Of a DNA stretch of 64,000 bases, positions 9,429 through 19,649 are shown one piece after another; the first letter of the stretch is position 1, and the number at the start of each line of letters is the position of its first letter. Under the pieces are notes generated by a model. That model searched no databases. It worked only from the letters and a program-made list of their open reading frames with translations, and was not told the DNA's origin. Position numbers and translations under genes: made by a program. The stretch covers positions 32,001 through 96,000 of the IMG/VR virus record IMGVR_UViG_3300014059_000005. One strand, 5' to 3'. The stretch comes from a virus (taxonomy: Duplodnaviria > Caudoviricetes).

Positions 9429-12400
9429 GTGTGGGGGCAGAGAAGGGTTAGGGAGAGTGAGTTTGGGGACATAGGTGCGGGGGCAGCGAGGGTGCTGATA
9501 CCTCTACCGATCCTGACGGAGGAGAATGACTTGCTCAACTCGGTGCAACTCCTGTCGGGGTCCGTGACCTCTGGTTTGATCGGCAACGGAGCGGTGGTCT
9601 CTGGATCCATCGCAGCCGGGTCGATCACCACGGCTCACTTCGCCTCCGGTGGAGTAGGTTCTGGGGCCTATGGCTCTGGATCCATCGTCTGGACGAACAT
9701 CGCCTCCGGTGCTGTTGTCTCGGGACACCTGGCTCCCTCCTCCGTCAACTCGGGGAATATCTCCTCTGGAGTCCTTGGTAGGGTCCATGTCTCTTCCGGT
9801 GGTTTCCTCTCCGGATCCATTGCTTCGGGATCACTCGGTCCTGCCTCCTTCTCTGCCAACTCGGTGACTTCAGGTCATCTCACCTCCGGTGCCGTCAACT
9901 CCGGTAACATCACCTCCGGAGTCGTCGGCACTGTCCATATTGCCAGTGGGGGCCTCGGTTCTGGGGCCATTGGCTCTGGGCAGATTGGCCCCACCCATTT
10001 CGCCTCTGGACTCATTGGCAATTCCTCGGGATCCGTGGTCTCTGGTGTCCTTGCCAATGGCTCCGTGGTCTCGGGATCCTTTGCCTCCGGTGTGATCTCC
10101 AGGTTCGCTCTCGCCTCTGGTGCAGTCAATTCGGGACAACTGGCCAACACCTCCGTCAATTCGGGGACGGTCTCCAGTGGCACCCTGGGAACGGTACACA
10201 TCGCCTCTGGTGGATTGGGTTCTGGGGCTCTGGGATCTGGCCAGGTTGGTCTCACCCATCTGGCCTCGGGGCTCACGGTGCTCTCCTCGGGAGCCACAGT
10301 CTCGGGCTATATCGGCAATAACGCCGTCAACTCCGGCAACCTCTCCTCCGGAGTGGTGTCACGTTATCATCTTGCATCTGGCGCAGTTCTGTCTGGGCAT
10401 ATCGGTAATAGTGCTGTTGGTTCCGGCAACCTTGCTGCTTCTGTTATTGGAACCATTCACATCATCTCCGGTGGCGTCTCCTCGGGGGCGATCGGCTCGG
10501 GACAGGTAGGTACTTTCCATCTGGCTTCTGGTGCCGCTGCATCGGGCCAACTGGGCAACACCTCGGTCAACTCCGGAACCCTGGCCTCGGGTATCCTGGG
10601 ATCGGTCCATATCGCCTCGGGCGGTCTGTCTTCTGGCACCGTGGCCTCGGGATCTCTGACTCAGTTCAATCTGGCCTCCGGTGTGGTGGTTCTTACCTCG
10701 GGTGCCGTGGTCTCCGGTTACATCGGCAACACCGCCATCACTTCTGGGAACTACTCTTCGGGTAGTATTTCCCGCTTCGCAATGGCCTCTGGAGCCATCA
10801 ACTCCGGACAGGTAGGTAACGCCGCCGTAACCTCCGGGAACGTCTCCTCGGGCTCTCTGGGAACCACCCACATTGCCTCGGGCGGTTTGGTCTCGGGTGC
10901 AGTAGCCTCGGGCACACTGACTCAGTTCAATCTTGCCAGTGGTCTATACCTCCTGGCCTCCGGAGCCACTGTCTCTGGTTACATCGGCAATGCTGCTGTA
11001 ACCTCGGGGAATCTCTCCTCGGGGTCTGTTTCCCGCTACCACATGGCCTCGGGGTCCGTCGCTTCGGGGCATATCCTGGCTGGTGCAGTCAACTCCGGCC
11101 AGGTTGCCTCGGGAGTCCTTGGAGCCGTCCATATCGCTTCTGGGGGCCTGGCGTCTGGCTCCATCGCCTCGGGAACCATCCTCCCAGAGAATCTGGGAAG
11201 TGGTCTGTTCTTCCTGTCCTCGGGATCGGTCGTCTCGGGGTATGTTGGCAATGCCGCTGTCAATTCCGGGAACCTTGGATCGGGCAGTGTTGGCAGGATG
11301 CACCTGGCCTCTGGAGCCGTCAACTCGGGCCACCTGGTCACGGCCTCGGTCAACTCGGGGAACATCTCCAGTGGCTCGCTATTCACCTTTCTCGTCACCT
11401 CCGGTGGTCTCGGATCCGGTGCCATTGGTGCTGGCCAGATTGGTAACGCACATCTCGCTTCTGGGGCTGCTGTTTCTGGGACTATCGGAAACAGCGCTGT
11501 CGTATCCGGATCCGTGGCTTCTGGCTCTCTGGCTTGGGTACACATCGCTAGCGCTGGCCTTACTTCTGGGAATTACGCTTCAGGTTCCATCGGCCAGTTC
11601 CATCTTGCCTCGGGCGTGGTTGCCTCGGGAGCGCTCGGTGATAGCTCGGTCGCATCGGGTACTGTCGCTTCCGGAGTCCTCGGAACCGTACACATCTCCT
11701 CCGGAGGCTTAGGGTCCGGTGCGTTCGGCTCTGGTCAGATTGGCCAGTTCCATCTGGCTTCTGGTGTCATCCTGGCTTCTGGAACGATTGGCCGTTTGCA
11801 GCTTGCTTCTGGAGCGGTCAACTCCGGGCATATCGCGAGCGGTGCAGTCCTTGGATCGCTGGGAGGCGGTGCGAGGACGATTGCTTCCGGGACCATCGGC
11901 CCACTGGAAATGGGCTCTGGTTCGATCTCGTCGGGGTCTCTGGCTTCAGGGCAGGTCGGGGTCAACCACCTGGCGAGTGGTGTAGCAGTTGGTAATCTGG
12001 CAGCGGAAGCCATCGTCTCGGGACTGGTAGCTTCGGGTTCGCTGTCCTGGCTGCACATCGCCAATGCTGGAGTCCTCTCCGGCAATATCGGCTCGGGACA
12101 GATTGGCCGTTACCACATGGCCTCGGGCATCATTGCCTCGGGTGCCCTCCAGGCTGGAACCGTAGACGGTGCCAATTCTTCGGGTGCCCACAACATCGCC
12201 TCGGGGACGGTGGGAACCTTCGATCTCGGTTCTGGGATCATCTTTGCCCATCACCACGCATCGGGCTCGGTTCTGTCCGGTCACATCGCCTCCGGACAGG
12301 TCTCCAACAGGCATCTGGCATCAGGTTGTATCGTCTCGGGTCTTCTGGGTTCTGGCTCCGTGGCCTGGCCCTCTCTGGCCGATGCTGGGGTCCGATCGGG

Positions 12401-13052
12401 AACACTCTCTTCGGGTATTGTCTCCCAGTTCCATCTGGCCTCGGGGGCGGTCAACTCGGGGCAACTGGGCTCGGGCTCGGTGGTATTCGATACCATCGCT
12501 TCGGGGGCCGTCCAGACCACCTCTATTGCCTCGGGAACGATCCAGACACAGAACCTGGCCTCTGGATCGATCCTGACCCAAAATATCTCTTCGGGGGCCG
12601 TCCAGGCTGCGAACATTGCCTCCGGTGCGGTACAGCCACACCACATCGCTCCAAATTGTGCGCTCTATCTTAGCTACCCCACCGCTGAGATGATCTCGGG
12701 CTTCCGGGTGGTCTGCCTGACCTCGGGTTTGACACTCCTGCGGAGTCACGCTGGATCGGGTCTCCAGTTACCGGCTCTGGGCATAGTTGCCAGCAACTAT
12801 GTCTCGGGTGCCACGGCTCTGGTCTGTGTACATGGACCCCAGATCACCACCAGTGGCCTGGATGCCACCTGGAGCGGTATGGGCTCCAAGAAGCTCTATG
12901 TGGGCTCTGGGGGCCTCCTGGTGACACAGTCAGGGCTCCTATCGGGAATGGCCTGGCAGTCGTTGGGTATCGGCACCAGCGGTGGAGTTCTGGTGTTGGC
13001 CAATACCATCGTGGTCAGTGGTGGTACTACGGCCCAGGGTAATATCTTCTAA
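9429..13052 (+). CDS. Giant pentapeptide-periodic (x-x-S-G-x) repeat fibre protein with capsid-cement-like C-terminal domain
   Basis: About 1050 aa of IASGA/VNSGQ/LGSGS/IGxxH pentamers; C-terminal AEMISGFRVV...ALGIV...LYVG..G domain; start codon uncertain. Confidence 0.8.
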   Translation: MWGQRRVRESEFGDIGAGAARVLIPLPILTEENDLLNSVQLLSGSVTSGLIGNGAVVSGSIAAGSITTAHFASGGVGSGAYGSGSIVWTNIASGAVVSGHLAPSSVNSGNISSGVLGRVHVSSGGFLSGSIASGSLGPASFSANSVTSGHLTSGAVNSGNITSGVVGTVHIASGGLGSGAIGSGQIGPTHFASGLIGNSSGSVVSGVLANGSVVSGSFASGVISRFALASGAVNSGQLANTSVNSGTVSSGTLGTVHIASGGLGSGALGSGQVGLTHLASGLTVLSSGATVSGYIGNNAVNSGNLSSGVVSRYHLASGAVLSGHIGNSAVGSGNLAASVIGTIHIISGGVSSGAIGSGQVGTFHLASGAAASGQLGNTSVNSGTLASGILGSVHIASGGLSSGTVASGSLTQFNLASGVVVLTSGAVVSGYIGNTAITSGNYSSGSISRFAMASGAINSGQVGNAAVTSGNVSSGSLGTTHIASGGLVSGAVASGTLTQFNLASGLYLLASGATVSGYIGNAAVTSGNLSSGSVSRYHMASGSVASGHILAGAVNSGQVASGVLGAVHIASGGLASGSIASGTILPENLGSGLFFLSSGSVVSGYVGNAAVNSGNLGSGSVGRMHLASGAVNSGHLVTASVNSGNISSGSLFTFLVTSGGLGSGAIGAGQIGNAHLASGAAVSGTIGNSAVVSGSVASGSLAWVHIASAGLTSGNYASGSIGQFHLASGVVASGALGDSSVASGTVASGVLGTVHISSGGLGSGAFGSGQIGQFHLASGVILASGTIGRLQLASGAVNSGHIASGAVLGSLGGGARTIASGTIGPLEMGSGSISSGSLASGQVGVNHLASGVAVGNLAAEAIVSGLVASGSLSWLHIANAGVLSGNIGSGQIGRYHMASGIIASGALQAGTVDGANSSGAHNIASGTVGTFDLGSGIIFAHHHASGSVLSGHIASGQVSNRHLASGCIVSGLLGSGSVAWPSLADAGVRSGTLSSGIVSQFHLASGAVNSGQLGSGSVVFDTIASGAVQTTSIASGTIQTQNLASGSILTQNISSGAVQAANIASGAVQPHHIAPNCALYLSYPTAEMISGFRVVCLTSGLTLLRSHAGSGLQLPALGIVASNYVSGATALVCVHGPQITTSGLDATWSGMGSKKLYVGSGGLLVTQSGLLSGMAWQSLGIGTSGGVLVLANTIVVSGGTTAQGNIF

Positions 13053-13074
13053 GGATCTTCTAGGGGAAGTTCTC

Positions 13075-13728
13075 ATGGCGGGAGAAGTGCAGTTCACCTA
13101 CAGGACCGGGGCGACCTGCTACTTCCTGGTCCGAAATGCTACCGGCCAGGTATGGAATACCTCGGGCACCGGGGCCTTCGTTACCTACGATGCTAGCTAC
13201 TACTCCTCCTATTCCATCTCCTGCTCCGAGCAGGGAACCGGATCCTCCTACTATGTGGGGAATTTTCCCATGGCGATCCCGCCTGGAGTCTACCCCACGG
13301 TGGCGAAGTCTCAGATTGCTGGATCGGGAGTGGAAAGCGACCCAACCGCTGCACAGGGAGATGTGCAGTACAAGGGCTATGGCTCTGGCATGATGGGCCT
13401 TCCCGATCTCATGCAATCCGGCATCGTTCAGACCCCCAAGTTGCAACGCCAGACGATGGTGCAGAACTTCCCGGTCTATCTCAAGTCCTCGGTGGATCAT
13501 GCCACACCATTCGTCTCCGGGACGGTGTCTGGGCAGATCGCCCGTGATGGTGGCACATTCGGCCCGCTTCAGTCCGGGGCAATCACCGAGACAGGTATGG
13601 GCTGGTACACGCTCCAGGCTCTGACCTCGGGGGATCTCAATGCCAATACCGTCAAGTTGCTCTTTACTGCTACTGCTACAGGTGGCGGTTCTTCGGATCC
13701 CCTGCCGATGGCCTTCGTGCTCCAGTAA
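13075..13728 (+). CDS. Ser-Gly-rich virion protein
   Basis: ATG at 13075 after GGGGA; C-terminal half resembles the N-terminus of 5832-6683 (DGG...G.G.Y.L). Confidence 0.65.
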   Translation: MAGEVQFTYRTGATCYFLVRNATGQVWNTSGTGAFVTYDASYYSSYSISCSEQGTGSSYYVGNFPMAIPPGVYPTVAKSQIAGSGVESDPTAAQGDVQYKGYGSGMMGLPDLMQSGIVQTPKLQRQTMVQNFPVYLKSSVDHATPFVSGTVSGQIARDGGTFGPLQSGAITETGMGWYTLQALTSGDLNANTVKLLFTATATGGGSSDPLPMAFVLQ

Positions 13729-14028
13729 TCGCATACCGATCTAGGTGCTATCATGCCCATCGATTACTCGACCTACTACGGATCTCTGGGGATGATCCCT
13801 TTACCGGATTGGGTCATGTCCTCGGATACCTATGGCACACAGGAACAGGGAACGAATAATGTTCCCATAGTAGCTGCCTCCAATTCCAATTCGGTGTCCA
13901 TCACTGGGAATCACAATCCAGCGGCGATTTCTTGATTGACTGATTTTCTACCGATTACACCCAATTACGAAAGATTCTCGGAAAATACCCTATCCCTCTA
14001 TTGCGCCTGGAGGTATATATCAGTATAT

Positions 14029-14229
14029 ATGGTCAAGTTCCTCTTGAACCTCCCATCTGGGGACCTGGAAGAACTGCGAAGGATTTCCCTAACCACGGGA
14101 ATCCCGGTCTCTCAGCATATCCGGATAGCGATAGGGAACTATCTCCATAGTGGCTCGATCTCCTGCTCTCTGTTCGTGAGCGGGTCGGTGGTCTCGGGAA
14201 GTCTGATCGCTATAAGGGTAGGAGGATAG
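14029..14229 (+). CDS. Ribbon-helix-helix DNA-binding protein with Ser-Gly tail
   Basis: MVKFLLNLPSGDLEELRRIS..TGIPVSQHIRIAI RHH pattern. Confidence 0.65.
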   Translation: MVKFLLNLPSGDLEELRRISLTTGIPVSQHIRIAIGNYLHSGSISCSLFVSGSVVSGSLIAIRVGG

Positions 14230-14231
14230 AG

Positions 14232-14885
14232 ATGGCAGGTGCCTGGGAGATTCAGAAGACCTGCATGGTGGGCATCCTGCACACTGAAAACGTAACGATG
14301 GCCTGGTCCCTGGGCCTTCGTAATCTCATGGTTCCTGGGCCTATTGTCCCTGTAGCCGGCATGCCATTCTGCCATGCGAGAAACCGTCTTTGTATGATGG
14401 CTCTCGAATCGGGTGTAGATTACATACTCATGCTCGATTCCGATGTAATTCCGCCCAAGGACGCCATCCTCCGGCTCATGCGGCATAACCTTCCCATCGT
14501 TTCCGGTGTCTACCACCGTAGGTCCAACCCGGCCGGCATCCCCGTGATGATGAAACCCGTGGGCCAATGGGTGATCGACTATCCCAAGAACGCTCTGATC
14601 GAGGTGGATGTGGTAGGCGCTGGAATGTTGTTGATTCGTAGGGATGTTCTCGAAGACCTTCAGCCGGTCATGCCCGGCAAGCACTGGTTCTATTGGGGAG
14701 TGGACATGCAGGGACTCCTGCCCCAAGAAAAGTGCCTTTCGGAAGATTTCGTGTTTTGCCGAGAAGTAAATAAGCAACTCGGCCACAAGATCATGGTCGA
14801 TACTTCGGTACAATGTTTGCATGTCGGCTACTCGGAAGTGACCCATCGGAACATGGCACCTATGGAGTGCCGACCGATGACCTAG
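14232..14885 (+). CDS. GT-A fold (GT2-like) glycosyltransferase
   Basis: ARNRLC...DYILMLDSDV (DxD)...GAGMLLIRRDVL...SEDFVFC...H motifs. Confidence 0.85.
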   Translation: MAGAWEIQKTCMVGILHTENVTMAWSLGLRNLMVPGPIVPVAGMPFCHARNRLCMMALESGVDYILMLDSDVIPPKDAILRLMRHNLPIVSGVYHRRSNPAGIPVMMKPVGQWVIDYPKNALIEVDVVGAGMLLIRRDVLEDLQPVMPGKHWFYWGVDMQGLLPQEKCLSEDFVFCREVNKQLGHKIMVDTSVQCLHVGYSEVTHRNMAPMECRPMT

Positions 14886-14912
14886 ATCCGGGAATCTCAG
14901 AGGAGGCATACC

Positions 14913-15209
14913 ATGCTCTGTCCAATCTGTCGGCGAATGGGGTGCGATTGTAGTGCCCACGAGGTCCTCCCGGTTTGCACCACTTGCGGCATCCATGTGC
15001 ATCTGTGCTCCTGCTGGATGTCCACGGATCGCAAGATGGATCGCACTCAGAAGGACTCCATCGATCAGACTGAGCAGGCCCTCCTGGAACTCGATCGACA
15101 GCGTAGTGAACTCGAAAACGAGAAACGCAAGCTCCAGTCCAGGATCGATCGGCTGAACATGAAGATCATGTCGGTCCAGCTGGGCAGTGAGGATTTCCAG
15201 AGAAGGTAA
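14913..15209 (+). CDS. Cys/His-rich zinc-binding plus coiled-coil protein
   Basis: CPIC..GCDC..H..CTTC..H..C.C; GAGGAGG RBS. Confidence 0.6.
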   Translation: MLCPICRRMGCDCSAHEVLPVCTTCGIHVHLCSCWMSTDRKMDRTQKDSIDQTEQALLELDRQRSELENEKRKLQSRIDRLNMKIMSVQLGSEDFQRR

Positions 15210-15219
15210 AGAGGGTAGA

Positions 15220-15780
15220 GTGGACGACAGCAAAAAACTCGTGAAGGCATCGTTCGGCCTCGGGAAACACCAGGTTCGCCTGGTGTGTTACGAGTCCGAA
15301 TTTTCCAGGATGCTCGAAGTATGGAACATTGCCAGGTACGACCTGGAGAGCCTAGAGGAGTCCAGGCACCTGCTGGCGGTGATCCGATTCGACGACGGCT
15401 ACCGTCGAGGACTGTTCAGCATCCCCGACATGGTCTACCTTTCTAACATCGAGAGCACGGCCCCGCTGCTCCCAGGAGACGGTGCAGATATGCCCCAGGC
15501 CCAGACCGTGGTACTCCACGTCCTCACCGATCAGCACTGGTTCTCGATCACCTCGTCCCAGGATCTGGCACAGACGGTTCTCCACAACTGGGGCTCTGCC
15601 AAGTCCGAGGTGGGCAAGAACGGCCCGGACAAGGAACAGGCATTGAGGTTTCTATCCTGTGGCTGCATCGACATCCGGGGAACGGATTCCAGGGCCGTGA
15701 TCGACACCAAGTCGGTCATCGGTATGTACATCGGTCCTCTGGATAAAGCCTCCGGCATACCCCAGGCTTCTAGCAACTGA
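15220..15780 (+). CDS. Hypothetical protein
   Basis: GTG start after GAGGG; open to 15780. Confidence 0.55.
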   Translation: MDDSKKLVKASFGLGKHQVRLVCYESEFSRMLEVWNIARYDLESLEESRHLLAVIRFDDGYRRGLFSIPDMVYLSNIESTAPLLPGDGADMPQAQTVVLHVLTDQHWFSITSSQDLAQTVLHNWGSAKSEVGKNGPDKEQALRFLSCGCIDIRGTDSRAVIDTKSVIGMYIGPLDKASGIPQASSN

Positions 15781-15817
15781 CCTATCTTGATCCATTCTGG
15801 TCCTTTCTGGGGATTCC

Positions 15818-16924
15818 ATGCGAGTAGTAGTCGTGAGCACGCCGATCTTCCGCACCACCAGTACAGGTATACCTGGGTACAGTGGTCTGGAACAATTGGC
15901 CTGGATCCAGGCCAAGGGTCTTGCGGCCAAGGGTCATGAGGTCTTCCTGGTGGCCCCAGACGGCTCCGAGTGCCCTGGGGTCACGGTGATCCCCGTGGGG
16001 CCAGAGAAGCAGGTGGACGAGAAGATGGCCTATGGGGGCTACAAGGAGGTCAAGGATGCCAAGGGCAATGTCGTCCGACCCAAGTACCCAGGCTACTGGA
16101 ATTTCCTACCCGAAGCCGATGTTGTGATAGATAACGGATGGCAAAAGTATAGCTATCTGCTCAAGGGTGAGGGCAAGCTCAAGGCCCCCGTGCTCGGTGT
16201 GATGCACGCCCCCGTCAATACCATTTACCAGTCTCTTCCCCCCAATGTCGAGAAGCCCTGCTTCGTCTGCATCTCCAACGATCAGGCCGATCATTTCCGG
16301 AACCTGTTCGATGCCGATTGCCGGGTGGCCAGGAACGGTATCGACATCGATCACTACAAGGCACTCGATATCCCCAGGACCAGGCGGTATCTGTTCCTGG
16401 CTCGGTTCTCCATGGTGAAGTCCCCCGATGTGGCCATCGATGTCGCCAAACGAGCCGATGTCGAATTGGACCTCGTGGGCGATACCTCTATTACCAACGA
16501 GCCAGAATTCTTCCATCACTGTCAGAAGATGGCCGATGGCAAGAAGATCAAGATCATCGGTGGAGTGACCCGTGGGGAGACCGTCTACTGGTACTCCCGA
16601 GCCCATGCCTTCTTGCACCTCAACAACCGATTCCGGGAGCCTCTAGGGTTGGCGCCTCTAGAGGCAGGAGCCTGCGGTTTAGCCGTCGTGGCATGGAAAT
16701 ATGGAGCACTCAAGGAGACTATTCGCCAGGGCGAGACCGGCTTCCTGGTCCGATCCGCCGATCAGGCTGTCCACGCTATCAACATCCTGCAAGAGAAGTC
16801 CGATCAAGCCATGTCGGTCATGAGATCCAATTGCCGGGACTGGGTAGCCTCCCAGTTCTCCCTCCAGGGCATGGTGGACCGCTACGACGAGTTGATCCAT
16901 GAGGCGGTAGATGGAGGGTGGTAG
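15818..16924 (+). CDS. GT4 (GT-B) glycosyltransferase
   Basis: YSGLEQ...GHEVFLVAP...NGID...FLARF...K...EPLGLAPLEAGACG...GETGFLV. Confidence 0.9.
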   Translation: MRVVVVSTPIFRTTSTGIPGYSGLEQLAWIQAKGLAAKGHEVFLVAPDGSECPGVTVIPVGPEKQVDEKMAYGGYKEVKDAKGNVVRPKYPGYWNFLPEADVVIDNGWQKYSYLLKGEGKLKAPVLGVMHAPVNTIYQSLPPNVEKPCFVCISNDQADHFRNLFDADCRVARNGIDIDHYKALDIPRTRRYLFLARFSMVKSPDVAIDVAKRADVELDLVGDTSITNEPEFFHHCQKMADGKKIKIIGGVTRGETVYWYSRAHAFLHLNNRFREPLGLAPLEAGACGLAVVAWKYGALKETIRQGETGFLVRSADQAVHAINILQEKSDQAMSVMRSNCRDWVASQFSLQGMVDRYDELIHEAVDGGW

Positions 16925-17455
16925 ATGGGGGTAGCTCCACGAGGGAAATCAATACGATACAAAGGGGGTCAAAGGAAAAATGGACCAACAAAAGAGTACC
17001 AAACATGGTTGGGGATGAAGGCTCGTTGTCACAGAAACGGACGTGGAGATAAAGATTATGGAGAACGTGGAATCGCGGTTTGTGACCGGTGGCGACACTC
17101 TTTTGAAAACTTTCTGATGGACATGGGACCAGCCCCCACCAGCAAGCATGAAATAGATCGCAAAAACAACGATGCGGATTACGATCCTAGTAATTGCCAA
17201 TGGGCAACACGAACCATGCAGAACCGAAATAAAAGAAATAGTCGTAAGATAACCGCTTTGGGGAGGACAGAGACGCTATCTGTATGGGTCTTGGAGACTG
17301 GATTATCACACAAAACGATTACCGGTCGCATCGACGAGTACGGTTGGAGTCCGGAAAAAGCAATTACTACACCAAAAAATGCCACAAGATTTGGTAATCA
17401 GAATGCTAAGGGCGGTTCTAAGAAGAGAGCACAAGAGACGAACTCGCAGAAGTAA
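16925..17455 (+). CDS. Free-standing HNH-type homing endonuclease
   Basis: EYQTWLGMKARC...YGERGIAVCDRW..FENFLMDMG...IDRKNNDADYDPSNCQWAT; low GC; paralogue of 1723-2532. Confidence 0.85.
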   Translation: MGVAPRGKSIRYKGGQRKNGPTKEYQTWLGMKARCHRNGRGDKDYGERGIAVCDRWRHSFENFLMDMGPAPTSKHEIDRKNNDADYDPSNCQWATRTMQNRNKRNSRKITALGRTETLSVWVLETGLSHKTITGRIDEYGWSPEKAITTPKNATRFGNQNAKGGSKKRAQETNSQK

Positions 17456-17512
17456 CGGGAGCGATACCGGCCAATTAGAGACTCGTCCTTTAGTTATGAT
17501 GGGGGCTAGTAG

Positions 17513-17698
17513 ATGGAAATTCCCGACGACGTTCGGAAGGCCGCGTCCGTGGTCCTGGGCATCGCCTGGGCGGACGACGTGATGCGGCAATCCGAGGGGG
17601 CTCTGTGTTGCGTGGCCCCCGAGAACTTCCGGAACCTGCTCGAAAACGCCGAGACCCTGGCCAGGTGGGTCGAGTCCCTCACCGGAGGTGTCCGCTAA
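17513..17698 (+). CDS. Hypothetical protein
   Basis: 61-aa ORF with genome-like codon usage. Confidence 0.5.
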   Translation: MEIPDDVRKAASVVLGIAWADDVMRQSEGALCCVAPENFRNLLENAETLARWVESLTGGVR

Positions 17699-17746
17699 AC
17701 ACGGACCTAACACTTTCTACCGCTGATACACTTTCAAGGAGCAACA

Positions 17747-18097
17747 ATGGCCCGACGACGTATCGAGAACGAGGTCGAATCCACCGGCCAGTGTACATTG
17801 GTCCCGGCAGTCCCTGGCAAGCGGATCATCGTTACCGGGATCCGTTTGTACTTGCCGAAAGTTTCGTCCTATCCCGATGTCCAGGTGTATTTCGGCAGCC
17901 TCCGATACACCCCGACCGTGGAACTCACCAACGTGTTCGGCGGACAGAACGTCAGCAATCCTGCCCTCACCCTGGGGTACAACCCCGATGGTTGGATGGC
18001 GACTCTGCCTGGGGAGTCCCTTATCGTCTACGGAATCAACACTCAGTACGAGGGATACACCCTGGGCGGGGGGATTACCTACCAGCTGGACGACTGA
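17747..18097 (+). CDS. Hypothetical (virion-like beta) protein
   Basis: AAGGAG RBS; LVPAVPGKRIIVTG motif. Confidence 0.6.
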   Translation: MARRRIENEVESTGQCTLVPAVPGKRIIVTGIRLYLPKVSSYPDVQVYFGSLRYTPTVELTNVFGGQNVSNPALTLGYNPDGWMATLPGESLIVYGINTQYEGYTLGGGITYQLDD

Positions 18098-18162
18098 CGG
18101 ACGTTCCTGACTGGTGGTCTTGACGGATGGGTTCCGGCGAGAGATTTCTGACAGGAGATACG

Positions 18163-19272
18163 ATGCTGTACTCCGTTTGCCTTTGTCTGGCGGTCGCCCC
18201 GGCCCAGCTGATGGCCCCGGGTGGGGAGACCGAGTGCCGGTCCCTTCTGCCGCGAACCGAGGACACTGCCCTCAAGGAACTTCTGTCCCGCAAGGGCCTG
18301 GTGTTCTACACCGATAGTGAGATCCCGCCCGCCCATCAGCATTCTGGTACTGTGATCTCCACCAGGCTCAATATCTCGGCCAATCGCTCCGAACCCTTTG
18401 GTAACCCCAATCGGGAGTTCCCCTGGTCCGCCGCTGCTGGAACCCACAAGACCACCAATTTCAGGAAGTTCAATTTCCTCAGCCTGCCCAAGCCCATCGA
18501 GTGCTGGGAAGAAACTCTGACCGCTGTCACTGGTCGCCTGACCCACGACAAGAAGATCACCGATACCATCAAGGAGCGTAACCTCCGCTGGAAGTTCCCC
18601 GACAAGTCTGTGGTTTGCGAAGTCCTCCTCCTCCAGGAGCCCAAAGGGAAATGGTATCCCTTCGATGTCCGCACCAGGACCAAGGATGGAGATTCCTGGC
18701 GGATGAACGCCTACCGACCCTTCCGCACCTTCGAGCAGATGCTGGACTGGATCAAGATCAACCACCCCGACTTCGATACCGCTGGCTACGAGAAGCAATG
18801 CTCGATCGAGAATCAGAAGATCAAGAGCACACACCCTGATCTAACCGTGTTCGAGTCCGACTCAGCGATCCAGACTCTGGCACCACTCCCTCCTGTCATG
18901 ATCCGGGGGATGCTGACCAAACCCTTTGTTTCGGTACGGGAGTCGGTGTGGGTCCGCAATGGTAAGATTTCTGGTTTTGCTCCTACCACCCAGGCCGACT
19001 TCCAGATCGTCCCCAAGAACTACACCGGGGGTTTTGTTCGGGTCAACAATGTCCAGTGTATGCGATGCCATTCAGGCACCCTCCAGGAGGCTGGAGACTT
19101 CGACTTCCAGAGGGACTGGTACGGCAGAGTTCGGGGCGATGATGGGATCTTCTCCTTCCATCCCTTCGAGCCTTCTTCGGTGTCGATGGTCTACGAGCCG
19201 AACTCCCCACCGCCCTACCAACTCAACAGGAAGTTGGTTGCCGCAGGATTGATCGTTCGCAAGAAGAAGTAA
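18163..19272 (+). CDS. Secreted protein with a CxxCH (c-type heme-binding-like) motif
   Basis: AGGAG RBS; signal-like MLYSVCLCLAVAPAQ; CMRCH near the C-terminus. Confidence 0.65.
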   Translation: MLYSVCLCLAVAPAQLMAPGGETECRSLLPRTEDTALKELLSRKGLVFYTDSEIPPAHQHSGTVISTRLNISANRSEPFGNPNREFPWSAAAGTHKTTNFRKFNFLSLPKPIECWEETLTAVTGRLTHDKKITDTIKERNLRWKFPDKSVVCEVLLLQEPKGKWYPFDVRTRTKDGDSWRMNAYRPFRTFEQMLDWIKINHPDFDTAGYEKQCSIENQKIKSTHPDLTVFESDSAIQTLAPLPPVMIRGMLTKPFVSVRESVWVRNGKISGFAPTTQADFQIVPKNYTGGFVRVNNVQCMRCHSGTLQEAGDFDFQRDWYGRVRGDDGIFSFHPFEPSSVSMVYEPNSPPPYQLNRKLVAAGLIVRKKK

Positions 19273-19313
19273 CAACACTGAAGAGGTAACTGCACGAGGC
19301 ATGAGGGAGATAC

Positions 19314-19649
19314 ATGGCGACTTACTGGTGTAGGGAATGCTGCAAGCCCATCCTCGAAGGTCAATCCTCCGTATGTACGGCGGTATCCGTTGCTGACTAT
19401 TACATGGGGTACGGACTGTTCAGTTATCATGAGTCCTGCCTCGACGCCATGCCGGAGGAGAAGCGAAAAGAGGCGGGGAAGATCAAGAGCACACACTTCG
19501 AGGAGTCTGATAGGAAGCTCAGACTGTGTCCGGTAATGGTCGTCGATCTCGAAAACCTGATCGATGAGGTGGCTTCCAACGGGGAAGGAACCTCCCTGTC
19601 ACTTATTCGTGATTGGGTAAACGAGATGAAGTCGAGGATACGGGACTGA
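19314..19649 (+). CDS. Cys-containing hypothetical protein flanked by direct repeats
   Basis: CRECC...H.SC; GAGGGAG RBS. Confidence 0.6.
   Translation: MATYWCRECCKPILEGQSSVCTAVSVADYYMGYGLFSYHESCLDAMPEEKRKEAGKIKSTHFEESDRKLRLCPVMVVDLENLIDEVASNGEGTSLSLIRDWVNEMKSRIRD

Noticed and set aside
13753-13935. 60-aa ORF as a gene
   Set aside because: Possible but has no motif; insufficient support
14001-14030. Sigma-70 promoter TTGCGC-N17-TATATA
   Set aside because: The -10 box would overlap the ATG; the GTATATAT direct repeat may be an RHH operator but support is weak
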